DNA from: Sedimentisphaerales bacterium
Lineage (GTDB): Bacteria; Planctomycetota; Phycisphaerae; Sedimentisphaerales; Anaerobacaceae
DNA length: 64,000 nt
Assembly (NCBI GenBank): GCA_963708075.1
Contig: OY970194.1
Span: 3,840,001-3,904,000 of the forward strand
Direction of reading: 5' to 3'
The translations under genes and the position numbers were made by a program. Shown one piece after another: positions 38,075 through 48,109 of this stretch. The notes under the pieces were generated by a model, which was not told the origin of the DNA, did no database searches, and worked only from the letters and a program-made list of their open reading frames with translations. Each line of letters starts with the position of its first letter. The stretch's first letter is position 1.

Positions 38075-40066
38075 TCACGGCTCCGCGGCTTCATTGTTAC
38101 CCTGCTCCCGTTTCTTGCGTTCGGTCATCTCCGTCAGGCTGTCACGATCCGCCAGAACATGCGGCGTGATGAAAAGAAGCAGATTCGTCTTCTGGAGGCG
38201 CGACTGTGTCGACTTGAACAGCACGCCTACCAGCGGCAAATCGCCCAGAAGCGGCACCTTCTTCTCGACCTTCTCCTTGTCATCTCTCATCAGGCCCCCG
38301 ATGACGACGGTCGAGCCGCTCATGATCGAGATGATGGTCTTGGCTTCCCGCTTGGCGGTTGTGGGCGTCTCGGCGCCCAGGCCCGTCATGCCCTCAATAA
38401 GTTTGCTGAAGGTCGCTTCGATCTCCATCCGCACGAGGCCCGTCCCACTGACGTGCGGGCGCACTTTCAGGATGATGCCGACATCCTTGAAATCGAAGGT
38501 TTGGATGGCGGTCGGAGTGGCCGGGTCAAATTCCGTCACTCTCGACTGGCTCACGTAGGGCACATTGTCGGCCACGGTAATCGTGGCCTCCTGGTGGTTC
38601 GATGTCAGAATGTGGGGCGTGGAGAGAATATTGACGGACGAATTCTTTTCCAGGGCCTGCAGGATCGCCGCGATCTGCGGCGTCCCATCCACATCCTTCC
38701 ACAGGCCGATCCCGACGCCCTGCAGGTCGCCCGAGGCGGCCTCCACCCGCGGCCCGAGATTCGTGAACCCAAAGCCCCGGACGCTGTCGGCAACCGCTTC
38801 ATCGAGCGTCGCCCAATCGAAGCCCAGTTGCTTGAGGACATTGTCGCTGGCCTCGATGATCTGGAATTCGACGAGCACCTGCTCGCGCACGATATCCAGT
38901 TTCTTGACCATCTCCGCGATCAGCCGGTAATCCTGCGGTGAGCACATGACGATCAGCGAATTGGTGCTCTCGTCCGAGGTGATCTGGAGAGGCTGCGTCG
39001 TCTCCGGGCCTGCGGGCACTGTGATTTTTCCCACGGCAGCGGAAATGGCCTTTTCGATCTCCTTGGCCTGCGCGTGCTCCAGGTAAATCACGTGAACGTT
39101 CTCAGCCTCCAGAGGCCGCTCGATATCGAGCCGGGCGATGATCCCCCTGGCCATGTCCGCATCGGATGGGCCCGCGACGACGATCACCGAATTGGTCCGC
39201 TCGTCCGGCAGGATCTTCATGGGACTGGAAGCCTCCTGCGGCGCCGGAGTTGCGGGACGCCGCAGCCGGCTCTGCGCCTGGCCCCGCTGGAGAATCTGTG
39301 TCACCTGCTCGCAGATCTTGCCGGCCGAGGCATATTTGAGCCGCACCACCTCGACGTTGTCTTGCGGGCCCTCGACATCCAGCTCCCGCACGATCTTCGC
39401 CGCACGATGGATGGCTGATGACGTATCCGTGATGATGATCGTGTTGGTTTCCGCAAATGCGGTCACTTGGCCGCCCGTGGATACCAGCGCGGTCACGATC
39501 GTGCTCACCTGGGCTACATCGGCGTGCTTCAAGGGCATGATCTGTGTCACGAGACCATCGTCCACGGGGATCTCGGCAGGATCGCACCCGACGCGGATGG
39601 GCAGATTGCTTCTGCCTCCGTCGGCGCGAGGCATGATTTTCACGAGGCTGCCGGCGGGGATCGCGGCAAAGCCCTTCGTCTGGAGCACGGACTCGAATAC
39701 GCTGTACACTTCCCCCAGCCGGATCTTGCTTGGCGAGATCAGCGTCACCGTCCCCGAAATCTTGTCATCGACGAGGAAGTTGATGCCCGTGAGCTGACCG
39801 ATCGTCTTAATGAAGATGCGGATATCCACCTGGTTGAAATCGAGCGAGATCAGCCGGTTCGCCGCACCCGGCTCCAGGAGAAAAGGCATTTCGATACACG
39901 GCTGTCCCCCCGCCGGACCGGCTGCGGGTCGAGCCGCCAGATCGCACCACAATCCACAAAACAGCACCAAAAGTGCGGCCGCAAGAGCCGCGATTTTCAC
40001 CCCATCGCTTACCACAGTTACCCTCCATGTATCCACGGGCAAGCCATTGTGCAGACGAACTACCAT
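38075..40066 (-). CDS. gspD: Type II secretion secretin D
   Basis: LDF.QVDI..FI..I..LTG.NF; repeated N-domains (LKHADV, LKYASA, LEHAQA; DERTNS); QVLVE, KDVGIILKVRP, KVPLLGDLP; start uncertain. Confidence 0.95.
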   Translation of the reverse strand: MVVRLHNGLPVDTWRVTVVSDGVKIAALAAALLVLFCGLWCDLAARPAAGPAGGQPCIEMPFLLEPGAANRLISLDFNQVDIRIFIKTIGQLTGINFLVDDKISGTVTLISPSKIRLGEVYSVFESVLQTKGFAAIPAGSLVKIMPRADGGRSNLPIRVGCDPAEIPVDDGLVTQIMPLKHADVAQVSTIVTALVSTGGQVTAFAETNTIIITDTSSAIHRAAKIVRELDVEGPQDNVEVVRLKYASAGKICEQVTQILQRGQAQSRLRRPATPAPQEASSPMKILPDERTNSVIVVAGPSDADMARGIIARLDIERPLEAENVHVIYLEHAQAKEIEKAISAAVGKITVPAGPETTQPLQITSDESTNSLIVMCSPQDYRLIAEMVKKLDIVREQVLVEFQIIEASDNVLKQLGFDWATLDEAVADSVRGFGFTNLGPRVEAASGDLQGVGIGLWKDVDGTPQIAAILQALEKNSSVNILSTPHILTSNHQEATITVADNVPYVSQSRVTEFDPATPTAIQTFDFKDVGIILKVRPHVSGTGLVRMEIEATFSKLIEGMTGLGAETPTTAKREAKTIISIMSGSTVVIGGLMRDDKEKVEKKVPLLGDLPLVGVLFKSTQSRLQKTNLLLFITPHVLADRDSLTEMTERKKREQGNNEAAEP

Positions 40067-40983
40067 GACCCGGCGCGAAAGGCCAACGACTTCCTTTCCT
40101 GTCCCCGCACCAGCTCGATTTCCGCGGAGCCCAGCCTCCTGGCCTTTCGCAGCACTTGAGCGGCTTTCCTCTGATTCTGCACCACATGGCCGTTGACGGC
40201 CTCAATGACGTCGCCGTCCCGAAGTCCCACGAGCTGAACCATGGCCGAGTCGCCCAATCCGGATACCCGCAGCCCATTCGACTGGCCATCCGTCACGTGC
40301 GGAGACAACCGCAGCTTGCTCATGAACTGCGCCGCTCGCGCCGCGCTGCCGGCCGACACGCTTGTATTGATGTGCCGCTCCGAATCCGACACGACTTTCA
40401 CGACTTCACCGACGCCGACCTTGACCGGCTCCGCAGGCGGGGCCTGGCTCGCCACGGCCGTCGCCGGCACATCGCGGGCCGTCAGTGCGATGCTCAGCAT
40501 CTCGCGCACCCCCATATTCACCACGACAATCCGGTTCTGCTCGATACTGTCGATGCGCGTATCACCGATCACGTCTCCAACACGATAAATGTCCTGGGCC
40601 TTGGTGGCCAGGTTCTCCAGGATGGCGTAGGATGCGTTCTTCTCATCGACCACAGTCCCCAGAAGCCGCAACGAGAGTTCCCGCTTGGTTTCCTGCTTGG
40701 GACGCTCCAATATAACGGCCTCCGCCTTGTCCGGTCCTTTGGCCACTCGACCGGGCCCGGTCCCAAAGATGTCACGCTCGAGAATCAGCTTGGGATCGAT
40801 GCTGCCCCCGGCCTCCTGCGAATTCGAGTTTCGAGCCTCGAACTTCGAGTCTTCCCGGGCGGCGGCCGCGTGACGACCGGATCGCTCAGGAACCAGGGAG
40901 ACGACTGCGACGAACAATGCCGCGGTTAACAGGCCTGCATTCAAGACCCACAGGAATCCATTCACCCGACCGATGAACCGCAT
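40060..40983 (-). CDS. gspC: Type II secretion protein C with PDZ domain
   Basis: N-terminal TM, R.IFG, L.LLGTV...YAIL, Y.VGD.I, GLRDGDVIEAVNG. Confidence 0.88.
   Translation of the reverse strand: MRFIGRVNGFLWVLNAGLLTAALFVAVVSLVPERSGRHAAAAREDSKFEARNSNSQEAGGSIDPKLILERDIFGTGPGRVAKGPDKAEAVILERPKQETKRELSLRLLGTVVDEKNASYAILENLATKAQDIYRVGDVIGDTRIDSIEQNRIVVVNMGVREMLSIALTARDVPATAVASQAPPAEPVKVGVGEVVKVVSDSERHINTSVSAGSAARAAQFMSKLRLSPHVTDGQSNGLRVSGLGDSAMVQLVGLRDGDVIEAVNGHVVQNQRKAAQVLRKARRLGSAEIELVRGQERKSLAFRAGSW
40823..40850. repeat. Heptamer tandem array within the gspC linker
   Basis: TTCGAGT-TTCGAGC-CTCGAAC-TTCGAGT. Confidence 0.55.
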
Positions 40984-41022
40984 CTTCTACCCCCCAGCAT
41001 GCAGCGTCCCGGTTGCACATGC

Positions 41023-41751
41023 TCACATGAACATCCCGCCCATCATCACATAACTTACATTCGCTGTCCCGTGCAGCAGAATCGATGGTGTCAACGTGCC
41101 CATTCTAACGAACAGCCACCCAAAAATCAATCCAGGGAAAAACGTCAGGGCGGAAACGGGATCGCCCAGAACTAACACATGGGAAAGGGCAAACACCCCG
41201 GCGGACAACACAACACTCAAAAGACCCGCAGTCGAGGCGTCCATCTTCACATTTGTTTTGAACAAGTACAGGCTATTACTCAGGAAGTACCCCCGGAAAA
41301 ACAGCTCCTCGGGAAACGCGACGCAAACGAACTGAAACAGAACCCACAAGGGCCACCGCTCCTTCGGGATCGATGCCATCAAGGGCGGCTCGACGGTCAG
41401 GTACCGGAGAACCACCAGACCAATGAATCCCAGAACAAGCATGCAGACGCCGCTGGCACCCAGCAGCAGAATCCCCCGTCTGATTCGTCCGAGGTGTAGC
41501 CCAAGCCCGCTCAGATCCCCGCCGCGAGCAAGCGTGGGAAGTACGGCTCCCATCACCAGCGCAAATGGGCTCAGGGACGACACCCAGTGGCCGCTTGCCC
41601 AATGACATAGGCGGAGCAATGCCACGACGCCAATTGAGACGAGCACGATTTCCAGCGGGCGGGCAAAGAGCCCCAGCCCGGTGAACGAAGCCGGAAGGCA
41701 GTCCACTCCATATCTGTCGGCATGTCGAATTCGCTGCTGCTCTGCACGCAT
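41023..41751 (-). CDS. CPBP (Rce1/Abi) glutamic-type intramembrane protease, myxosortase-like
   Basis: Multi-TM; EELFFRGY, FALSH, FFPGLIFGWL, HGTAN; 39 nt upstream of gspC on the same strand. Confidence 0.88.
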   Translation of the reverse strand: MRAEQQRIRHADRYGVDCLPASFTGLGLFARPLEIVLVSIGVVALLRLCHWASGHWVSSLSPFALVMGAVLPTLARGGDLSGLGLHLGRIRRGILLLGASGVCMLVLGFIGLVVLRYLTVEPPLMASIPKERWPLWVLFQFVCVAFPEELFFRGYFLSNSLYLFKTNVKMDASTAGLLSVVLSAGVFALSHVLVLGDPVSALTFFPGLIFGWLFVRMGTLTPSILLHGTANVSYVMMGGMFM

Positions 41752-41800
41752 GAATCAACCGGTCCCCGATACGAGCATGACATAGACTGTATCGGTGGTC

Positions 41801-41829
41801 AACATACGGCCGATTGAGACCTTTGTCAA
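41801..41829 (-). promoter_or_regulatory. sigma70 promoter of the CPBP-gspC...M operon
   Basis: TTGACA-N17-TATGTT on the minus strand. Confidence 0.7.
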
Positions 41830-41976
41830 AGATTGTGGATGGAGTCTAGTGTCAACTGTTTCGACGACAGGAAATCCCTTACATCGTAACGATGAAGAAG
41901 GGCTGCAAGCGTACGCTCACAGCCCAACCGGTTCCTCGAATGCAAGCCCCGATCCGCACTATTGCGAGATGTGCTC

Positions 41977-43791
41977 CTACTGCCTGCTCCCTTCAGGGAG
42001 CAGTTCGTCAGATCCGAGTTGATAGTCGTCACCGGTGGATGCGTTCTCTCTGTCAACAGGCTCGAGTGTGTCCATTCGGTGGTAGGTTATCTGTGGCCGC
42101 GGCAGCAGGCCATCCACGAGCGTCACGGTTACGACCTCATAGACAGGAAGATATGTCCCGTCAGGCATCGGCAGCATGCCGGCCTTGATGCTCTTGATAT
42201 CGCCCGCCGTCGAGAGCATTATCTTCGCCTGCTGGACGTTTGGCAACGCCCCCTTCAGGGATTCCACCTTGCTGATCGTACGGCCATACTTGTAGCGACT
42301 GACCAAGGACGCGACCTTCCCGTTTTGACCGATCTCAACACGGATCGTATCGGTATCGTCAGTGAGAACCGGCAACTCACCAACGTTCCTCTTGAAAACG
42401 ACTGTATACCGTGCCACCTGCGGCTGGGAACTGTAGGACCCATCCTCAGTCCCCTGTTTTGCGGCCATCATGTAGCTCTCCTTGACGACACTATCCACCT
42501 CCACTTCATTGGGTCCGACAATCTTGTTGCCGATCAGGAAGGACATGGCTCGATCGATACATTCCTCCCCGGATAATCCGCTGGGTCCGGACAGCGCCAA
42601 GACGCTGGTATCTTGATAGAGCAAGCAGTCCGTACGGCGGTCAATCGACACCTGCCGCCCATCGGCAATCTTGTAGATAGTGCGTTCTTTCGGAGAGTCG
42701 TATAGCATGGCACTGTTCTTAACCCCTAGCACAGTCAGGTATTTCACAAGCGTGGCATCTTCCACGGCCGTTGAGTCGCTGCTATCATACGCCCATCCCG
42801 CACTCGGAAGAGGGGCCGTCTCACCTGCCCCCGCATCCGCTGCACCGGCGCCGTTTGCGCCACTCCATACGTACCATCCATCATAGTTCCGAACCCGATC
42901 CGCACCCCACCAGCGGCAATACAGCTCGTTAGCCCCGTTGGGACGGCCCGTCTGGAAATCAGGCTCGTTCATGATCGCTATGCACTCGTTCCTATCCTGC
43001 CCCAAGGTCAGCACTACGGGTTTATGGTTGCTGTACGCATCGAGCGCGGTATTGGCGAAGGACCAGGCAATCGAATAGCCCAAGTCGTGGTATTCCTTGA
43101 ACCGTCGGTATTTGCTTTGATCATAAATGCTGCCATACTCGTAATCGGTATGACCCATGACCATCCGCAGTCCATTCGTCATGACAGGTTTCCAGATGTT
43201 GTTGGGATCGGCATGATTCGGATTCGTCTTGCTGAAGAGATCGGGCCGGGAGAACGTCGGATGGCCGTTGTCGGACATGGCAGGACCAATGGCGACTGTA
43301 TTGCACCCGAGCGCCATGAAGTAGCGGCAGTATCCCGGGTAAGGATCACCCCAGAAGTAGCCTTCGCTTTCGCCGAGCCTGAGGATATCGCTGGTAATCG
43401 CATTACTGCCTCCCCATTCACCTTTTGCCCGCATGACACAGTAGAAGGTATTGGTCGAGGCATCCTTGAAAGTACCCGCATGGCCGCAGTGTACGGTCAA
43501 CGTCGAGTAGTCCGCTCGCTCCGAATCAAATCCGGGATACTGGTATGTCCAGTACTGGTCGACGAACATGTTCTCATAGAACTGCCATGGGGTGCTGGTC
43601 AGGCATTTGTACGGGGTCAGGCCCATTTCGTCGAATGCATCCATCAAACCAAATACCTTGTACTTCCCATAGTTGCCATAGTCAGTATCGTCGTAGCCGG
43701 CGAATATCGAGTAGTCCACGGCGGACGTGACGAGACAATGGACCAGGACGAGGACCAGTGCGGCCGGCAGGATGGAATGGAGTCTGTTCAT
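41977..43791 (-). CDS. Secreted hypothetical protein, DUF6345-like N-domain with a possible His/Cys dyad
   Basis: AAGGAGA RBS, signal peptide; TVHCGHAG...RLGE...YFMALGCNTV...W......GLRMVMGH; C-terminal YycH-like alpha/beta region. Confidence 0.55.
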   Translation of the reverse strand: MNRLHSILPAALVLVLVHCLVTSAVDYSIFAGYDDTDYGNYGKYKVFGLMDAFDEMGLTPYKCLTSTPWQFYENMFVDQYWTYQYPGFDSERADYSTLTVHCGHAGTFKDASTNTFYCVMRAKGEWGGSNAITSDILRLGESEGYFWGDPYPGYCRYFMALGCNTVAIGPAMSDNGHPTFSRPDLFSKTNPNHADPNNIWKPVMTNGLRMVMGHTDYEYGSIYDQSKYRRFKEYHDLGYSIAWSFANTALDAYSNHKPVVLTLGQDRNECIAIMNEPDFQTGRPNGANELYCRWWGADRVRNYDGWYVWSGANGAGAADAGAGETAPLPSAGWAYDSSDSTAVEDATLVKYLTVLGVKNSAMLYDSPKERTIYKIADGRQVSIDRRTDCLLYQDTSVLALSGPSGLSGEECIDRAMSFLIGNKIVGPNEVEVDSVVKESYMMAAKQGTEDGSYSSQPQVARYTVVFKRNVGELPVLTDDTDTIRVEIGQNGKVASLVSRYKYGRTISKVESLKGALPNVQQAKIMLSTAGDIKSIKAGMLPMPDGTYLPVYEVVTVTLVDGLLPRPQITYHRMDTLEPVDRENASTGDDYQLGSDELLPEGSRQ

Positions 43792-43934
43792 GGTAGTCTC
43801 CTTGACAATTGTGGTGCTTGGTTCGTGATGCTTTACGGCAGCTTGTGGTTGAGATTCTCTCTTGTTCATGACTGTGTCCTCTCAGAAAGGGTGTATGGTA
43901 TGTGTCGCTCACCCGGAGCCCAACGGATCCGAGT

Positions 43935-46004
43935 CTACGGTCGCGAAATCGGGAAGCTGATGTCGTCCAGCCAGGCACAATCGTCTCCCTCCGAGAGCAT
44001 GTAGTCCTTGGAGTACTCCCATTGGAAGGTGTGCCGGCCGGCACTCACAGGGAAGGAAACACGCTGCCAGTCCTTCTCGCCGGACCATCTGTCCTGCAGA
44101 CGGCCGTCGATGCGGAACATCAGGCAGTCATAACTATCCTCTGATGACAGCTTGCTGTAGAAGGAGATATCACCCCCCTGACAATCCAGCGTGACAGACA
44201 GCGATGATGACTCATTATCGCTAATCGCCTTGCTTCTCATGCTGTGGGCGGGGGAAGTCCACGCAGTATCCGTCAGGACCCAGTCGGTGACCCAATCCAC
44301 GGGATGCACGGTCCGGCTATCATCGAAGGTTTCGATGCTGCCATCGCCCCTACCGGCAGCCCCGTTCTCGTCCTCGGGGCCGGCCTGCGTGAATTCCACG
44401 GCCCAGACATTTCCACAGAGCGGACTGGAATCGACGGACTGTCCCGTTGCGACAATTCGTTCTTCCGGCGTGAATGTGCATCCAGGCTTGCTCACGGAGA
44501 TTCGACAGCGGCTTTCGGAAGCCAAACCCGTGAACGCATAGACGCCCCTCTCATTGGTTGCAGCCATCCTCTGCGTAGTGCCCTCTGTCAGCAGCACAGT
44601 GGCATCGCGGACCGGGCGGTCCTGTGGGTCGGTGACTCGCCCACTGATGATCTCCCCGCCGCCGCGCGGGAAGATGTTGTAGATGCAGGCCCCGACCAAG
44701 CTGTAGGGATTCACGTGCGGCAGGTTGTACCAGGCATCGTCGACACCACTCCAACCCATGTTCAGATGATAGTAGGCAGAGGAGTAGTTGTACCCGTACC
44801 CATCGGCCACAATGGCGTGCCCGCGAACAGGGGACAAGAGACAGAGAATGACGGGGCTGCCTGCGTCAAGGTTCGGGTTCATCATGGACGCCAACTCGGA
44901 CGACAGGTTGTCGATTCGCTGACCATCGCAGTTGATTCCCAGAAGGGCGCTTTCGTAGTGAAACGTGTCTCGAAGGGCGGGGGAAATGCTGTCCATGCTG
45001 GTTCCTGAGCGATCGGCGCCATAGGTCATGTGGACGGCGGCACCGGCGTCCGCACATAGTGCCCCAACGGCCTGGCGTTGCTCCTCTGTCGCATCCTCTG
45101 TGGGGACAGCAAGCATCTGGTCCCAGTTGTACGGTCCACCCTTGAAATCGCCGCCGAGCAGAGGAACAGCGACCTCGTAGATCCGACCACTGTCTACAGC
45201 AGCTATTGTGACCGCATACTGGGATTGCTGGGGAGCGTGGTCCGGATAGTGATGGTAGTAGAGAACTTGCGCGATCGCCGTGGCCACACAGCCACACGGG
45301 TAATTGTCCAATGCGCCCGCGGTGAAGAGGATTTTGCTGTTCCGCAGTTGAGGGGTGAAGTAGTTGTAACAGGAATACCCGTGCTCGGTCGTCTGGTTCC
45401 AGCGGCTGCTGAGCAGCGGCGGCACACGCACATCGCCAAGAAAGGACTCCGGACTCTCCGCGGCAGCAGAATACAAGTGCACGTCCGCCTGATCCATCAG
45501 CAGACGCCACTTGGATGCAGCCTCACTGGTGGCAGGTGCCACGACCCCGGCCGCAGAGAGCCCGCTGCCTCTGGATGGACGGCTCTCCAGACTGCCCCTG
45601 CTGCTCATGCGAGCCTGCATGTCCTGCGTCACCAAGACGAACAACGGGTTGTTCTCCGAAAACTCGCACGTCCCATCGTCCGCAAAGGCGATAATAGGCT
45701 CGATCTCATCGTCAGCAGATGTGATCACAAATCCGGTCGGTTTCAGGCGAACGACGTGGTAGAGCGCTACATCAGCCCCCTCGAAATAGGAGTCCACTTT
45801 CAGGACGTCCCTGTTCATTCTGATGTCGAAAACCTGCCTGCTGGTGCGCAGCCATCCCTGAGCGACACGCCGAGCATCTCCATCGGTCGTGGGACGCGCA
45901 CAGATGCTTCCACAGCAGGTGTAGACCACCATCACAAGGCTAGCGGCGAGAATCTTCTTCAAGCAATGAATGCGTGTGTGAAGCGGTCTGCTGACGGAAT
46001 GCAT
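43935..46004 (-). CDS. C10 (streptopain/SpeB-like) cysteine peptidase with prodomain and C-terminal beta domains
   Basis: GFVITSADD...PIIAF prodomain; PLL..RWNQ, CGCVATAIAQ, YNWDQM, GHAIVADGY, YHLNMGWSG; ISGRVTD...TNERGVY.F. Confidence 0.9.
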   Translation of the reverse strand: MHSVSRPLHTRIHCLKKILAASLVMVVYTCCGSICARPTTDGDARRVAQGWLRTSRQVFDIRMNRDVLKVDSYFEGADVALYHVVRLKPTGFVITSADDEIEPIIAFADDGTCEFSENNPLFVLVTQDMQARMSSRGSLESRPSRGSGLSAAGVVAPATSEAASKWRLLMDQADVHLYSAAAESPESFLGDVRVPPLLSSRWNQTTEHGYSCYNYFTPQLRNSKILFTAGALDNYPCGCVATAIAQVLYYHHYPDHAPQQSQYAVTIAAVDSGRIYEVAVPLLGGDFKGGPYNWDQMLAVPTEDATEEQRQAVGALCADAGAAVHMTYGADRSGTSMDSISPALRDTFHYESALLGINCDGQRIDNLSSELASMMNPNLDAGSPVILCLLSPVRGHAIVADGYGYNYSSAYYHLNMGWSGVDDAWYNLPHVNPYSLVGACIYNIFPRGGGEIISGRVTDPQDRPVRDATVLLTEGTTQRMAATNERGVYAFTGLASESRCRISVSKPGCTFTPEERIVATGQSVDSSPLCGNVWAVEFTQAGPEDENGAAGRGDGSIETFDDSRTVHPVDWVTDWVLTDTAWTSPAHSMRSKAISDNESSSLSVTLDCQGGDISFYSKLSSEDSYDCLMFRIDGRLQDRWSGEKDWQRVSFPVSAGRHTFQWEYSKDYMLSEGDDCAWLDDISFPISRP

Positions 46005-46171
46005 GATTTCACCTCCATTCACTTGTTCCATGTGCCGGCCGAATCGAGTCGCCTCAATCCATGGCCGCTCTGTTTCTGCGCCTATTGGTTCGCTCTCTGC
46101 GCAGCGATCCTGCGCGGCAGGAGTGTTTTTCTTGGAATTCCCTGGCGATTGAGCAAGAAGTGAGCGGACGG

Positions 46172-46200
46172 GTCGGGACGGGCGTGAAACCTGCGCGTAC
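46172..46200 (+). repeat. Degenerate second copy of the REP-like element
   Basis: GTCGGGACGGGCGTGAAACCTGCGCGTAC, 21/29 identical to the 27447-27475 copy; intergenic. Confidence 0.5.
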
Positions 46201-46252
46201 TGAGCCGCCCTACGCTATCAGCCATCGACAATGGAATAGCAGGACGGCAGGG

Positions 46253-46786
46253 CTACAGGGGATTGCAGGCTTTCTCGAAGAGGGATAGCAGCTCCGGCGG
46301 AACCCCGTTTCGCTTCCTCAGGGTTTCAAAGGCACTCTGGAGCTTACTGTTGCTGTGCTGGGAGATCCGGGCATCATGAAACACCATTGCACTGGCGATG
46401 GCCGCGAAGTAGACCGCCAGAGCCACCTCCCGCTCGATCTCGCTCGTTGCCGCGGCTCCCAATTCCTTGGCGTGGTCTTTGATCCTCGTGAGGACATGGA
46501 CATCCGTATCGGGACTGGTGATCAGAAAGCCGATGGAATCGCCCGAGAACGGCCGAAGCTTCCGGCAGAGCCGGCCCAGCGCCTCCGGCAACAGCGATGC
46601 AAGCGTTTGCGTCTCCGCCGAGTCGGGCGGCAACGGCCGGGCCATCCAGTCACGCAGCAGCTCCGCGAAGCATTCCTCGGAGCCACCTGCCCCATCAGCG
46701 GGATCGACATGAACGTCCGATCCAATGTCCCACAATCGCGCCAGTCTCTCGGGACCGAGATCAGAGGTTTTTGGTACCTGGTCCAT
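46253..46786 (-). CDS. Hypothetical helical protein downstream of the ECF sigma factor
   Basis: GGAG RBS; 177 aa; IKDHAK...ALAVYFAAIASA.V.H..RIS; function unknown. Confidence 0.65.
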   Translation of the reverse strand: MDQVPKTSDLGPERLARLWDIGSDVHVDPADGAGGSEECFAELLRDWMARPLPPDSAETQTLASLLPEALGRLCRKLRPFSGDSIGFLITSPDTDVHVLTRIKDHAKELGAAATSEIEREVALAVYFAAIASAMVFHDARISQHSNSKLQSAFETLRKRNGVPPELLSLFEKACNPL

Positions 46787-46832
46787 CAAACTGAATCTCC
46801 GTCGTACATGATCCTATTCGCCGGGCGCACCC

Positions 46833-47603
46833 TCATCCTGCGCGAGCCTGGGAGAGAATTTGGAAGATATCATTCAGTTCGTCCTCCGCCTCAGCGTCAG
46901 ACCCAACCAGGTCCCGCAGACGACGTTTCAGAACCGCTCGAAACCGGCGTTTGACCGTCACGATGATGTTCGCGGCCTTTGACTCGTCGTCGATACCGAG
47001 CTCGGTGCACAAATGCGCCAGCGGAGGACTGTCCGCATCCTCAAGGATCGGCGCCAGCACTTTCAAGCGGAATACCTCCCAATAGGCGGCACGACCCGTG
47101 CTGCAGTACTCCTCCCGGACTTCCGACAGGACCTGATCGAGCAGGTCAGCCGCCCAGCGAAAGTGAAACGCCTGCTCGGCCGTGGCTGCCGCCTGAGGGG
47201 TCTGCAGGTTTGCCAGATCCTCGAAATCGAGGGCGACGATGCCGCCCTGAGGGGTAGCCTTGCGCCTTGTATCATGGCGGATGACATTGACCACATATCG
47301 GTCGAGGGCCGTAAGCAGAAAGGTCCGAAACCGGCCCTTCTCACGATCCGCCTTGTGCACCAACCCGCGTCCGAACACGATCTCGCAGAAGAAGCCCTGT
47401 GTAAGGTCCTTGGCGGCTTCATTGTCATACCCTCGCCTCTTCAGGTAGCAGTAGACCGGTCTCCAATAGGTGGCCATGAGGTTGCCAACGATGGTCTGCC
47501 GCCGCGTCAGATCGTCGGTCTTGGCCGCCTGAATGATCGACCAGTGCGTCGTCTGAAAGCTGCTCTTGCCGCCTCCTGTATTTGTCCTGTCCGGATACTT
47601 CAT
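46833..47603 (-). CDS. ECF-type RNA polymerase sigma factor (FxTTxWS type)
   Basis: FQTTHWS, YWRPVYCYL, AKDLTQGFF, GRFRTFL, F...WA..LL..V, sigma4-like HTH, R.R..L...L. Confidence 0.88.
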   Translation of the reverse strand: MKYPDRTNTGGGKSSFQTTHWSIIQAAKTDDLTRRQTIVGNLMATYWRPVYCYLKRRGYDNEAAKDLTQGFFCEIVFGRGLVHKADREKGRFRTFLLTALDRYVVNVIRHDTRRKATPQGGIVALDFEDLANLQTPQAAATAEQAFHFRWAADLLDQVLSEVREEYCSTGRAAYWEVFRLKVLAPILEDADSPPLAHLCTELGIDDESKAANIIVTVKRRFRAVLKRRLRDLVGSDAEAEDELNDIFQILSQARAG

Positions 47604-48002
47604 GAAATGAGCCCTGCCTTCACCTGCCAGTTCCCATTGTACGGTACCAGACGATCTGCTGCAACGGCGAAACGGTCTTCCATGCTGTCGTCGGGCTCGA
47701 CACATGATGTGGACGCATGGCAGTCCACCGGAGTCCCTGTCTCATCATAGAAATCCACCCGCCGCGCAAGAACTGGACTTGTTTGACGAATAGAAGGTCG
47801 TAAACCGGCATGAGCACCGTCCTCGATTTCGAATTTCCGCGCAGTGGACGGCGCAGGATCAGCCCGGCAACGGCGAATCCGGCACGGCTGTGTGTCCGGC
47901 GTCATGATGGCAGCGGATCTGTCCGGCCAAACAGCGATGGTGAATATCGCCAGGTAGGATAATGTCGTGATGAGTCAGCAAGAATACATAGAGCCTCAAT
48001 GG

Positions 48003-48031
48003 TTGCAAACGGGGCGACATTATCGTATAAT
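48003..48031 (+). promoter_or_regulatory. sigma70 promoter of the rightward gene cluster
   Basis: TTGCAA-N17-TATAAT. Confidence 0.75.
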
Positions 48032-48109
48032 CAAGTGATTCCCGTGTTCGCACAACGCAAACGGAGGTTTGTTCACTGTAGTCTTTGACCCGGTGAAAGG
48101 AGATGGGCC

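Noticed and set aside
29809..40983. Type IV pilus or Tad system
   Set aside because: PDZ-containing GspC, GspK and a GspG-type major pseudopilin are present, and no PilT retraction ATPase is seen.
47604..48109. Small ORFs or an sRNA in the ECF divergent region
   Set aside because: The short ORFs lack a clear RBS or motifs and I could not support a structured RNA; only the sigma70 promoter is defensible.
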